This document shows positions 23,261-36,326 of a DNA stretch of 64,000 bases, in pieces. This stretch comes from Bilabrum cf. latius (taxonomy: Eukaryota): positions 682,001 to 746,000 of the forward strand of contig OZ237756.1 in the NCBI GenBank assembly GCA_965178125.1, read 5' to 3'. Each line of letters starts with the position of its first letter. The stretch's first letter is position 1. The notes beneath the pieces are model-generated. The model was not told the DNA's origin and did not search any database. It saw nothing but the letters and a program-made list of their open reading frames with translations. The translations under genes and the position numbers were made by a program.

Positions 23261-25102
23261 TCAATCTTTTCTAAAAATTTTCTTCTTACTGTGAATAATT
23301 TGACATTCACCTGATTGCTCCAACTTCATACCCCCAAGGTTCGTTGATAACTTTAGAGGTAATTCTTTCTCACTAATGAAACCATCCGTGTTGACATAGT
23401 GAATGTTTTCAAGATATGGCTCAATCATTTTGGACAATTTACTTCGTCCAAGTCCAGTCAGAAAGGGGCCCATTCTTGCGTAGGCTGTTTTGTAATCGTA
23501 CTCTTCGTCATATAGTATACCCGATACAAGTCGTCCAGATGCTTTAGGATACGCGTTCTTTAATTGTCTAAAATTCATACAATCACCATCTCGGAGTGTT
23601 TTTGTGATTGTGTTTTTCTAACATAGAGAACCCCAAATATTATTTAGTATCTCCTTCGCACACTTCAATCCCTATTTTTTATAACCGTACAATCGCTCAA
23701 TCATCGTTTTGAACAGTCCATTTGCCTTCACCCTTGTTGTCTCATCGTAAAGTAAAGCGTTGGCTTCACCGTCTTCAATCAGAGACACCTAAGCGCCCGT
23801 CTCAATCGCTCGGTTAATGTCATATTGGGTATAATAATTGTTTTTTCTTTTTTGTACCAATTTAGAATTGATATTTTCAATATGTACCCTAAAAATGCCG
23901 TACGGATAGAAACCACTTGAAGGTACTTCAAATTTTACGAACTTACCCCTTCTAACCGGAAATGTAAATGTACCCTTCATAATACTTGGATAAAATGAGT
24001 TAATATCGTACTGGTATGCGTTTTTTAATGTAGTATTCTTGTTTGCCCAATTCAATCCACCACCCGAGGCTTTAGAAATCCATAGTGCTTCAACTTGGTC
24101 AATCGGGTCGGCAGGGTAAAGTTTGGAAAACTTACTGAAATACGACTTTACAAATAGGGATGTTCTAAACATAAATCGTGATAAATCCATATATCCACCC
24201 GTCTCCTTCGCTAATGCCCTTACATTTTTCATCCGTTCTTCGTGTTTTGTTCTTAGTTCTTCCTTGGACTTGACTTCAAAGATGAATTTATCCTTGGAAA
24301 CTGATGTAATGCCTTCTGATTGATACTCACGGTCTCCATCAAATAGTAAATAAGAATTCTCGGATTGATACAAGCGGGTAATTAGCGTACACGGTTCTTT
24401 AGACGGCGGTGTAAATAATTCTTTCTAACTAATGGGGGGAACATACTTGTAATGCCCATTTGTTAATGAAACAGTTAGAAGACGGTCAAAATGAGTTTTT
24501 CCAGATGTGTATTCAAAGTCGCCTACAACATGAATGCGTACTTGAAGTTCGTCTTCTATCTCTGGTATTCTTCTGTAATCAACGGGGTCATCACGTCCAA
24601 TTTTCAAGAGTTCTTTGAGGTCGGACTTCGACAATCTTTTAATAGTAGTTTTCCATTTGCCTTTTGCGCTCTTTACATTTACCTTACGACCAACTGAAAA
24701 AGGAAAAGCCTGTTTTATAGCGTTATATAAACAATCGTTATGTTCGTCAGCACCGCCTTCTGGTTCTGGCTTTCTAATAAGCAGTAGTTCAAAAGAATTC
24801 AATTTTCTATATTCGTCGTCATCGTCGTCTTCGTAGCCCGCCCATAAACTATCTTGATTTTCTAAATCATCTGTAGTAATCCAAGTGCTTCGTGTTCGCC
24901 AACCTGTATCTTGGTAATTGATATTCACCTTAAATTTAAAGTCATCAAACGGATTTTCACCACCATCGTCGTAATCACGAATAAATTCCAAGACATTTTT
25001 TACGGTGATAAGGTCCTCGCTCTCAAATCGCATACTCCATATTGGTTTCCCATTAAGACGCAATTTGGTTCTTTGGGGTTCCGTAAAATCGATTTCGGGC
25101 AT
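23261..25102 (-). CDS. Protein-primed family B DNA polymerase (short)
   Basis: 613 aa, three track ORFs in one frame; YDINSFYP, KEILNNIWG, YVNTDG. Confidence 0.9.
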
Positions 25103-25121
25103 TCTATAGTATCTATTATAT

Positions 25122-25153
25122 TATAGAATACGATAATTATTCTTAAGGTACGA
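25122..25153 (-). promoter_or_regulatory. 32-bp motif upstream of pPolB
   Basis: 29/32 identical to 26836-26867. Confidence 0.6.
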
Positions 25154-25159
25154 ACTCAC

Positions 25160-26821
25160 TCACTTCTCAATTTTACAGAGGAATTTGGAAAGTTTTCCTT
25201 TTTTGTTCTTTGGTGGGTTCTCTTTTATCCATTTTTGAATAGCGATGCTATTCTCAACACTCAGCTGTTTCTGGATTTTCTTATGGACTTGTTCCGTCGG
25301 TGTAATCTCCTTTTCTAATTCCAACTATTCAATCGTTTCCTACTGCTATGCGACTTGTTTCTGTAGTTCTCTAATCTACTCTCGAAGAACATCTACCTCG
25401 GATTTTGCTTTTTCCATCTCAGCAGAATGACGAAGTGCCTAAAATTTAGATTGGAAGCCTTTTAGTAAGTCTGCGTGTTTCACATTAAATTCTTGTTTTC
25501 TCTATTTGTTCATCGTTGAATGAACACCTACCTCTGACAATAGTGTTTTAATCATAGGTGTACCAAGGTTCTTCACTCTACCGTTCAGTTCCTGCTTTAG
25601 ATAATTGCGGAATTCCAAGACTGTCATTTTAAAATCTCTGCCTTCGTCCAGCCACTCTTCTTTTAGAATTTTTAAAACCGGATGTGCGCCATCAAGAATT
25701 CCTTTGTAAAAATTCTTTGATTTTGGTGCGAATTGTCCTGTAAAGTCTGGTGATTTATCATAGATTTCAACCAATAACATATAAAATGCCTTAGCCACTT
25801 CTGGATTTTCTGTAAAACGTTTTAGTGTTGTAAAGTATTCTTTGTCTCCTTTCTTTGATGTATTCACATCCAAAACACAATATCTACGGATTTCCTCGGT
25901 GATTTTGATTGGACTATCATTCGTATCAATAATTAGATTGAATGTATTCGGACGACTTTCGGATTTGACAAACTTCTCATTACAGGAAAAGTGTTTTTCC
26001 GTAATAAGATTTCTTAGTGTTGCCTACATGGCGTCCCAAATAGTTGGCGAGGCTTTTGGAATTTCATTAAAATTGACTAATAGTTTCCCGTCCAGAATTG
26101 AGTTGAAGGCGTCGGGTTGAAGCATCTTGTGTGTAAGCGTCTATAGTGTAAGGGTATATCCGAGTAGTTTTCTCATAAGGAAGGTAATAATCATCGATTT
26201 ACCAGTTCCTTGTGGAGATTTCAAATATAGTGCTGTTCCCAACTTCTTTCCGCCCACAATAACGTGAGCCAACCATTTCATCACAAAATCACACTATTCT
26301 TTGTCTTCTGAAGTCCACACCTTCTGGATATGTTCATAAATCATAGTCGCGCCTGCTTTTGCGTCTTCGGATAAATCCTCTATGTTTCCACAGTTTTCCC
26401 GTGTAAGTATAGGTGAACCCATAACGTTAATTGTTTGATTGTCGTAATCCACGGTAGGTGAATTAAATTTTCTTACAATCGTAAATACGTCGGTATTCTC
26501 ATTTAAGAACCAGTCTCGTGCTGACCAAGTCTTTACTCTTTTGTTGCCCACAATCGCGTAAATACAGTGTCCCCCAATCAGGTAATTTTCAGTAATATTT
26601 TTATTCGTAAGGAACTACCAGACTGGTTTCTGGGGTTCGTCATCACTTATGTTATTCCGATTTAATTCAGATGCTATTAGAAAATACACCCCGCCACCTT
26701 GCTCGTGGGTGCGGTAGAAGTATTGTCTAAGGTATTGAATACATTCCTCTTGTTTTCCGGCATTACATAGGTCCATAAGGCTTTTTGACGAATACGCTTT
26801 AGTCGGCAGAGTGAATGACAT
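25160..26821 (-). CDS. Superfamily 3 (D5-like) helicase
   Basis: 553 aa; SPQGTGKS, LVNFNE, IIDTND; coiled-coil tail. Confidence 0.88.
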
Positions 26822-26835
26822 TTTTGTTGTTGTAC

Positions 26836-26867
26836 TATAGAATACGAAAATAATCCTTAAGGTACGA
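26836..26867 (-). promoter_or_regulatory. 32-bp motif upstream of helicase
   Basis: Shared with the pPolB upstream region. Confidence 0.6.
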
Positions 26868-26878
26868 TACGGGGCATC

Positions 26879-27934
26879 TCAATTTTCTATATCCCACTCC
26901 AAAATTAAATTAGGAGCAATTTCTTGGATTTTATTCTTTGGTTCCCACGTCCAATGTTCTGGTTCTGGAAAATCTTTCCATTCTATTTGATATTCTGTTT
27001 CGTTCTCGGATTTTATTTTTTTTGGCAGAAAGATTGTCTGAGCATCTCGGTTATTGTCCTCATTATCAAAGTCGATAATCTGTAATTCCTCTTTTGTATA
27101 AGCCACTAAATCGTCCTAATCCACAACATATAAAGGTGGTTGTTCGGGTCTTAATAACACTTTAGTAACCGTTTTGATTTCTGGATTATAGCGTAAATCG
27201 GAAGCACGAAAATTTCCGGATAATTTTTGCTGTAAATTTGTAGCCTTTCTGGGTTCTTCTAATGGTATACGAACTCTTGTACCCTCTTCCAATATATTAC
27301 AAGCGTCCCCTTTACACTACGTAAAGTCGAAGTGTTCTGGGGGTAAAGGTGGTTCTTCTATATACTTTTCCAGTTGATATTCATTATAGTTTTCAATGAT
27401 GTTTGGAAGCATATCCACCCATTCTACGCTTTCGTTACCTGTATTTAACTCATTAACGTTCTATAGGGTAAATATGGCTTTTCCCAACGTTTTATTTAAG
27501 TTTTCCACTAATGCTTGTTGTCGGTGGCGACCTGCTTTATTTCTTCGTACAAATACGTCGGTCTCTTCTAAATATCTTTGTAAAGCGTTGAATTCTTTTC
27601 CATTATCTATTTCCAAACGGTACTGCGGTTTCTGGACATTTCCACGATTGAAAATCTTTTTTGACGCCTTTAATACTTCGTTCTAACGCTTGGTTTTGAG
27701 CGGTTCAGCATCGGCCTACTTTGTATGTAAATCAATAGCAGTTAATGCGTATTTATAATTCTTGTCGTGTGGTAAAGATAATAAATCCATTTGTACCACT
27801 TGGTGAGGTTCTGGTACATTTACGTGGGGTCGATTTACTCCTTTGGGTCGTTTTGGTCGTTTCATTAAATTTACAATACGACTGTTGGGATAAATGTTTA
27901 GGGATTGTAATATTCTTTCAAAGGCGCTACTCAT
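26879..27934 (-). CDS. rve integrase with C-terminal chromodomain
   Basis: 351 aa; QMDLL, IDNGKEF, QQALVENLN; YQIEWKDFP...TWEP. Confidence 0.92.
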
Positions 27935-27974
27935 TTGCTATATAGTTCTTTAATAGAGGTATGCTTTTCCTTGC

Positions 27975-28886
27975 TTAATTTTAATATTTCTTTGTATCCT
28001 ATATTGTCAAAATTTTTCAATCAATTTTTGTGTTTTTAATTGGAAAACAATTATAATTTGTTTTTTATTTTCCTTTTAATTTTTATGGTGGCATCATAGG
28101 AATTACAACATTTAATTTTAATCTTTGAAAAAGATATCAAAAGAGCGGAGGGCAAAGCCCGAGCATCTTGGGAACTTAATTTATTTTTTCTAAGTCTCTT
28201 ATAATTGACCTGTAAAATCTCTCAATTTTTGGGGGACTTTTCCAAAGGGACTTAAAATACAATTATAATTTGTTTTCGTTTTCCTTATAATGTATCATCT
28301 CTTGGGTAATCGGTTTGGTTGCTTCGGAGAACAATTTAGTCGCTTGGGAAATCCTTGGGAAATCCTTGGGAAATCCTTGGGAAATCCTTGGGAAATCCTT
28401 GGGAAATCCTTGGTCGGTTCATCGGTCGGTTCATCGGTCGGTTTATCGGTTTGTCGCTTGGGAACATGCCTCGGTCTCTTGATAAAATACCTTGTTCTCT
28501 TGGGGAAATCCTCGGTTGGTCTCTTGGTCTCTTGGGAATTCATCCTTCCGTTCCTACAGCAAACACAGAGATATTTTGGACACTTGGTTAATTTCTTCAT
28601 TTTTTCCTACTTTACTAAAACATCTCTGTCTTTGCTGTTAGAGTTTATAAGGGGGTTAAATATTAGAATTCTTCAATTTACCCCTACTTCGTAGGAGTAA
28701 ATTTTATATCTGAAAATGGGTACATAGAGGGGTTCTATAGGGGTTCTTGGGGAACCCCCTGTGAAATCATTTAGGTTTATAGGGGAAACACTTGAGTTGC
28801 TAAATATGCCTTTAAAGGAGGGGCGAGCGTAGCGTAGCCCTCGTCCTCAACGCTTGGTGTACCTACCACCACCTGTTGTCCCCCCC
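27975..28886. repeat. Right TIR of element B
   Basis: Inverted copy of 12096-13061. Confidence 0.92.
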
Positions 28887-29550
28887 GGGCCCGGCTACGA
28901 AGAGAGGGACGTGATAGCCATTGACATGGTCCCCCACGTTCGGCGGAGGGTGGCAATGGCGATGCAACAAGCATCCATCATAACCCGCGCTGCACTTGAC
29001 TGTGATTGGTCTACACTCCCAGATTCTCTATTCTGGAGCGCTCACAAGTGCGCTCTATGGCATTGGTGCTGCTGGATGCGCCACTGGCTGGGAACGCTTC
29101 CGAGGTCTGGAACAGCGGATCTCTGTGAACTACGGCGTGATCATGAATGCAGCTGTGATGAGTGTAGTGGACCGTTTCCTGGCACGCATGAGGTGGATGC
29201 TGGCCACTGGAATGGCTGACCGTATGCCATTTGCCGTCGAAGGATCCTGTAATGCTTGCTCGGAGTTCAGTAACAAATGTGTAGACCCACCAGTTAATGG
29301 TGCTGAGAAAGAGAGCGACGGGGCACAGGACCAGCGTCAGACTCCCGCCGCGGAGTCGCCTGGTCCACTGGGTCGCCTCCCGCGACCCCTGCCGGCACGG
29401 TCGGTGCGCCCCGTCGTCTCAGGGAAACGACTCCCTGCCGATGGGTCAATCAATTCACACAAATCACTACATCCCCAGGCAGCCCTTTTGGCTGCCTCCC
29501 CCTTGGCCGAGTCGTGGGTGGGTGGGAATGCAGCGAAGCGTCAAAAGTAA
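28887..29550 (+). pseudogene. Right half of LINE-like remnant (post-RT thumb region, frameshifted)
   Basis: PHVRRRVAMA, then in another frame ILYSGALTSALYG..RGLEQ. Confidence 0.45.
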
Positions 29551-32275
29551 CCCACTGTTGCAGTCTCAGCCGCCATAATCATAGCAAATACACATGTTTA
29601 ATTCAGGAGACCGAATTCTCTGAAACTATAGCGTAGTTTGTCCCCTTGAAGAGGAATCGCACAGAAAGACATCGTGGCGCGTCTCAAAGCCCACCGAAGT
29701 CAGACTTGCGGGCAGCGAAGGCGCAACGAAAACTTCTAAAATAACTTGTGCCATCTAAAGCGTTCGAGTACTCAGTGCTGCGGCGCAGAGCTGCAGACTG
29801 GTCGTTGTGCCCTGAGCTGCGTCGCATCTTAGCGTCACAGGCCGTGCCAGAGAAGAACGCTACTGGCTTGGGCTGCTTCTGTATTTCTTTGCTAATCCTG
29901 TCTAGCGCAGAGGCTGATCTCTCTCTTTCCCCAGTGTAGACTCGAACCGGAATGACACCTCGCCGGTCGATCACAGGATCAGTTGGTGAGGCCAGCAAGG
30001 TCTCTGAGATTGAGGTCGCGCGGTGGGCGCAGGACCCGCTCGAGGTGCAGGAGCAGATGCGACGTAGCGATGCGGAGGAGTGAGAAAGATGCGACGTAGC
30101 GAAGCGGAGGAGTGAGAGAGAGAGAGAAAGCGGCTAGGGATGCAGACTAGGAGCGGCGGCGACGCGGGGTGGGCGACGGATGGAGAGGGGAGTGGTGTGG
30201 GTGGAGCAGAAGGAGAGGGCGAGGGATGGGGGGGGGGTGGGGGGCGGAGCAGAAGGAGAGGGCGAGGGGTGGGGGGGGGGGGTCGGGGTGGGGGCAGAGC
30301 AGAGAGAGAGAGGGCGAGGGATGGGGGAGGGGGGGGGTTAGAGAGAGAAGGCGATAGATGGGCGGGGGGGGGCAAAGCAGGGAGGAGGGGGGGGGGCGGC
30401 GGTTCACCAAGTGGGGAGGAAGAAGTGGAGGAGAAGATGAGTGGTGGGGTCATCGGGTTGATACGGCGGATAGAAAGGGGGGAGGCACAGGCCGGGTAGG
30501 TGGGGGTTTGGGCATGTGGGGGACGGGTGACTCGGATCAGGGGGATCGGATCACCCGACCACGTGCGGATGTGGAAGTTGAGAGGTCACAATTAGACTCG
30601 AGCGGCAATCAAGCCGCGTGCTATTCGGGCGCTGAGAGGCAGCGCTCGCCAGTTTTCTTTTCGCCTTAACATTTACAACCATGTGTGACTGTCTGCGAGA
30701 TTAGGGTGCTGTGTACAACGTGTGATCTCACGCCAGTATCAGCTGACCGTTCGCGAACGAACAGCTGACCCTGCCCGGACGTCGCTTGCCGAAAGTGGCG
30801 TTGGATTCTGAGGTATGGCTTGCGAGTGCTGCCGGAAGGACCGCACGGGACCTCTTTGAGCTCATGCGAGCCCCAGATAGGAGGGGTCTACCAGTGGTAT
30901 CTCACTTGCCAGTGGATGTCGCAGCAGGGACCTCTTAGTGCTGCGGCGTCTCTCAGGCTTCACCTTCATGACAATGGAGTATCTGTTGACAACGGAGTGA
31001 CTTGGCTGGGGGAGAAGGAGCTGAATCGGGCGGTGCGCCGTTGGCACTCGTCGAAGTCTGCTTCTAGCATCAGGTCTTTCAGGAACTTGAGCCCGGGATG
31101 CCACTCCGGCTACGTCCTGGCGAGCGCAATCAGGCAGCAGAATGCAGAACAGACAGTATCACTGGATCAGTACCATGGCCAGGTTGACGGGGTGTTCGGC
31201 CCTGGTTCACTGCCTACCACTGCAGCACTGCAACCGCGTGGCTCCGACGGGCGATTGATCCTTCGTGTTCGTGCGGGTATTTACCCTCGTTCCTGTTCCC
31301 CTACTCCAGAGCTGACTGACAAGGTGGCTGTGGAGATGACTCGCCGAGAGTCATCGCTGCAGTCACGTGATCTTCAGGCAGAGTGGGTCTGCGGTGACTG
31401 GGCCAGTCGAACTTCAGAGGAGAAGAGCAAGATAAGGAAGGCATGGGCGGACCATGGCCTACGTCTTGAACCTCACTCACAACCTCTGGAGCAGGACAGG
31501 CGTGGAGTCGCTGCTGCTGAGCGAACCATTCCCAGGATGCGCCGAGCAATTGCCCGCTCTAGCGCCTCTGTTGGATTGGTACGGCTTGCGACACGGGTGG
31601 TTGATGAGCTGAGTGTAAAGATCAGAACGTTTCCGTCCTGGACTGCCTGCAGGTGGTGGACTGGGGCCTCGGTTCGAGGCTGGACTGCGAGCTCATCGGA
31701 TGACCTGTATGCTGCAATGCGAGCTCAGGATCGAAGGGGACATCGTGTGGCTCGCCCTAGAGGGCTCATGCACACTCTTGAGAGGGTCTGGGCGCGTGAG
31801 ATGGCGACTTCGCTTCGCTGTGTCTTGCGTGAAAGGGAGTAGCTGCGTCGTACATGGACGTCCAGCTGGTGGCGGATGGCATGTGTTGACGGTCCGGCTG
31901 TCCTTACGAGGATGGCTCGGGCTCACTCTCCTTCCCTCTGGTCCTTTGGTGGATGAGTGGCTGAGTCTCAGGGTGATCGTCTCGGTATGTGTAGCACCAT
32001 GATGTTTTGGAAATCCTCTTCGGGACGAGGGGTTCTTCTTTCTTTCTTTTGCTTTCTCTTGAGGCTTTGGCCTTTGCTTTAGGGGGGGGGGGGGGCTGCG
32101 GGTCTTTTGATCGCGTTGTTCTCTGAGGTCATCTTTGATGGCCCCACCTTGGGGTGTGACAGCCATTCGTGAAAAGTCGTATCGTTACATTCAATCATCA
32201 TCATCACCTTCGAGATCTCGCATCGGACCCTCGTCCAACACTTAATCTCTGTGGCACTCATCGAGACTCCCGAGT

Positions 32276-34314
32276 TCACTCAGGATGATCCAGAAGCACC
32301 TATACCCCGCCGTGGTGGGGTTGTGCTGCAGCTGGAGCTCCTGGATCCTCGGGCTCGATCTCTTGAGGAGGTGCTTCGCCAGGGTCAGCAGCTGCGACTG
32401 CTCCTCCCCGGATTCCGCCCTGCAGGTTGAGTGCGACCGGCAATTCTTCCTGCTGCTGGTCGGCTTCAGCTTCGGTCTGTTCAACGACTGCTGCGAGTGC
32501 TGCGGCCTCTGCCGCCTCACCTGCCGCTGCCACTGCTGCTGCTTCCTGTTGCTGTTCCGCTCTCTCTGCGTCCTCCCTCCTCTTCTCCTCCTCGGCAATG
32601 GCACGGCGCGTAGTAACCAGCTGAACATGTTTGTAATAATCGTTCATGTACTTCGCCCGTGTCGTTGCCAAACTCATCGTGATGCGCCTGGCCCACGTCC
32701 TGACCTGTGCGCCCACGCTCTTGCTCTGCTCTGGCCCAACACGCTCTCGCCTGATCCTCGCCAGCTCCTCTAAGACCTTCCATGCGCCGGTTCCTAGTTT
32801 CCCGGTGTGTAGAACGACGAAGTCCCGGAAAATGTACCTCCCCGGGTATTTCAGGTGTTTGCAGACCTTCTCGCTGGGCGCGTTGCCTCCCACCGGCACC
32901 TGTCCTGCGATCAGCCTCGTCTGGTCCTTGGGTTGGTAGTACATCTGCAGCTTCACCTACGCCCCTGCGTATAGTGCGCTCTCGTTCTGCCAGTCTGACC
33001 CCGACCGCTTGCCTGGTCCCCTCGTTTTGTCGAAAATGTGGCGTGCATACTTGCCCGTGTGTGCTTGTGCCACAAGCACGTCGACGACTACGTTGGTGCC
33101 ATCCTTCCTTGTGTAGATCGTGTCCGCGTACCTACCTCTCTCCTTGAACAGCCCACGTGGTTTCATCGTTCTACGAAATCCTACGGCGGTGTTGATGATG
33201 TTGCCGAGGATCCCTTCGATTTCCCCACTGCCTCGCGTGGCGAAGCCCTTCTGGAATGTGTGCTGTTTGCCTGATCCGCACCGTGCCCAATGCAGTGGGT
33301 CGTGCAAATATCCTTCCTTGCCACACCTGGGCATCGGGCACGTGTGGTTCTTCTCCTTCTCGAGGTCGTGCTGCCCCTCTGTCGTCAGCTTGGTCCGCAG
33401 CTGAGCGATGGGGCGCGCTTTGACGTAGGGCACGTACAGCCTGGCGCATACCTCCTGTTGGAAGACTGCCTCAGTGATGCCTCCGTGGCATTGCCTGATG
33501 GGTTCAGCTGTGTGTGCACTCCTGCGTGAGCGAATTGCGATCCTCACGTCCTGCACCTGTTGCCGTTGTTGCCACGTGTAGTCGAGGGGGGTCTCGCACA
33601 ACAGTTTGCCTGCTTCGTGCTCCAACATAAAACGTTCGCACTAGGCGTACGCTGCTGCAGCCCTGAGCAGGCTCTGATGGTTGCCTCCCATGATGACGCG
33701 CTCTGGTCCTGCCTACTACAGCTTCAGATGCACCCAGTCTGACAGGTTCTTACTCTCCATGAGCCATGCTGGGGGTTTTGGTATCGCCTTCTTTGCTCGA
33801 GCGAGACGATCCGTCCCGGTGGACGGTCCCCGTTCTGCGGGTGGGGGTGGGGTCGGATCTCCGGGGATCTCGAGTGATTTGCCAGGCGGGGGCATGATCA
33901 CGTTTGCCAACTTGGGTCCTGTCTGCGGGTCTCGAGCAGCTGCTTGGAACTTCTGTGAGTTCCATACTGTCTGTAGGAAAGTGGGAAACAAATCGGTGGC
34001 GAGAGGCTGGAATGGCTATACGTTCCGCTCGAGCTCGTTGGGCAGTTCCTTCTTGCCCCAAATCAGCCTCTTCATCTTGTCCAAGGTGTACCTGAGGGCC
34101 CAGTCTGCCACCTCCAGCAGGGGGGCACTGTGCACGCCAAAGGAGGGAGCCCGCTGCTCAACCTCTCCATCTCTCGCCGGCTCGACCAGGGAATCGAGAG
34201 AGTTCAGGTATGGTAGGTCATACTTCTTCCCCATGCTGAACAGACCCGCCACGACGTCCAGGCACATTCTTAGCAGGTCTGGGGTTACAATCAGTAAGAC
34301 CGGAACTGTAGAAA
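32276..34314 (-). CDS. CCHC zinc knuckle + restriction-like endonuclease protein (CRE-like non-LTR C-terminus), interrupted at its 5' end
   Basis: Track ORFs join through TAG; CPMPRC..H..C, RYAD..VVVDV, EK..K..Y, F..TG.LG..A. Confidence 0.6.
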
Positions 34315-36290
34315 ATGGTGCCTTGATGCGCCTACCACTAGCTGCCTTTGCTGCTGTGGGCAGCTTGGCGAGCCTGGGTGGGTTGCTGCGCGTCGTCCAT
34401 TTGACGTCCGCTTGCCTTTGTCTTTGATGGCGCCTTGATGCGCCTGCCACTGGCCGCCTTTGCTGCTGTGGGCAGCTTGGCGAGCCTGGGTGGGTTGCTG
34501 CGCGTCGTCCATTTGACGTCCGCTTGCCTTTGTCTGTGATGGCGCCTTGATGCGCCTGCCACTGGCCGCCTTTGCTGCTGTGGGCAGCTTGGCGAGCCTG
34601 GGTGGGTTGCTGCGCGTCGTCCATTTGACGTCCGCTTGCTTTGTTCTGTGATGGCGCCTTGATGCGCCTACCACTGGCCGCCTTTGCTGCTGTGGGCAGC
34701 TTGGCGAGCCTGGGTGGGTTGCTGCGCGTCGTCCATTTGACGTCCGCTTGCTTTGTCTGTGATGGCGCCTTGATGCGCCTGCCACTAGCTGCCTCGCTGC
34801 TGTGGGCAGCTTGGCGAGCCTGGGTGGGTTGCTGCGCGTCGTCCATTTGACGTCCGCTTGCTTTGTCTGTGATGGCGCCTTGATGCGCCTGCCACTGGCC
34901 GCCTTTGCTGCTGTGGGCAGCTTGGCGAGCCTGGGTGGGTTGCTGCGCGTCGTCCATTTGACTTCCGCTTGCTTTGTTCTGTAATGGCGCCTGACTGCGC
35001 CTGCCACTGGCCGCCTTTGCTGCTGTGGGCAGCTTGGCGAGCCTGGGTGGGTTGCTGCGCGTCGTCCATTTGACGTCCGCTTGCCTTTGTCTGTGATGGC
35101 GCCTTGATGCGCCTGCCACTGGCCGCCTTTGCTGCTGTGGGCAGCTTGGCGAGCCTGGGTGGGTTGCTGCGCGTCGTCCATTTGACTTCCGCTTGCTTTG
35201 TTCTGTAATGGCGCCTGACTGCGCCTGCCACTGGCCGCCTTTGCTGCTGTGGGCAGCTTGGCGAGCCTGGGTGGGTTGCTGCGCGTCGTCTATTTGACGT
35301 CCGCTTGCCTTTGTCTGTGATGGCGCCTTGATGCGCCTGCCACTGGCCGCCTTTGCTGCTGTGGGCAGCTTGGCGAGCCTGGGTGGGTTGCTGCGCGTCG
35401 TCTATTTGACGTCCGCTTGCCTTTGTCTGTGATGGCGCCTTGATGCGCCTACCACTGGCCGCCTTTGCTGCTGTGGGCAGCTTGGCGAGCCTGGGTGGGT
35501 TGCTGCGCGTCGTCCATTTGACGTCCGCTTGCCTTTGTCTGTGATGGCGCCTTGATGCGCCTGCCACTAGCTGCCTCGCTGCTGTGGGCAGCTTGGCGAG
35601 CCTGGGTGGGTTGCTGCGCGTCGTCCATTTGACTTCCGCTTGCTTTGTCTGTGATGGCGCCTTGATGCGCCTGCCACTGGTCGCCTTTGCTGCTGTGGGC
35701 AGCTTGGCGAGCCTGGGTGGGTTGCTGCGCGTCGTCCATTTGACGTCCGCTTGCCTTTGTCTGTGATGGCGCCTTGATGCGCCTGCCACTGGCCGCCTTT
35801 GCTGCTGTGGGCAGCTTGGCGAGCCTGGGTGGGTTGCTGCGCGTCGTCCATTTGACGTCGGTTTGCCTTTGTCCGTGATGGCGCCTGACTGCGCCTGCCA
35901 CTGGCCGCCTTTGCTGCTGTGGGCAGCTTGGCGAGCGTGGGTGGGTTGCTGCGCGTCGTACATTTGACGTCGGTTTGCCTTTGTCTGTGATGGCGCCTGA
36001 CTGCGCCTGCCACTGGCCGCCTTTGCTGCTGTGGGCAGCTTGGCGAGCCTGGGTGGGCTGTCGTACATTTGACTTCCGCTTGCCCTTGTCTGTGATGGCG
36101 CCTGACTGCGCCTGCCACTGGCCGCCTTTGCTGCTGAGCGCAGCTTGGCGAGCCTGGGTGGGTTGCTGCGCGTCGTACATTTGACGTCGGTTTGCCTTTG
36201 TCTGTGATGGCGCCTGACTGCGCCTGCCACTGGCCGCCTTTGCTGCTGTGGGCAGCTTGGCGAGCCTGGGTGGGTTGCTGCGCGTCGTCC
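34315..36290. repeat. Tandem array, ~112-bp unit, ~18 copies
   Basis: Unit GATGGCGCCTTGATGCGCCTGCCACTGG...CTTTGTCTGT. Confidence 0.95.
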
Positions 36291-36326
36291 AGTGGATAAC
36301 TTAAGGTTGTGTTACGATGCTCAACC

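Larger units (their letters stand above)
12096..28886 (+). mobile_element. Element B: complete endogenous virophage (pPolB + rve integrase type)
   Basis: G-run/C-run termini, TIRs, flanking GGGCC on both sides, AT-rich, MCP/penton/ATPase/protease all present. Confidence 0.95.

Noticed and set aside
12096-28886. Reading the viral genes as pseudogenes full of nonsense mutations
   Set aside because: Interruptions are only TAG, frames are preserved, and TAG positions are shared between A and B
29971-30669. Pro/Gly-rich ORFs and G-quadruplex potential
   Set aside because: Low-complexity purine tract, deleted in the paralog at 8251-8460; no evidence of function
30820-31842. 340-aa ORF
   Set aside because: No recognisable motif; could be real or TE-derived but cannot be supported
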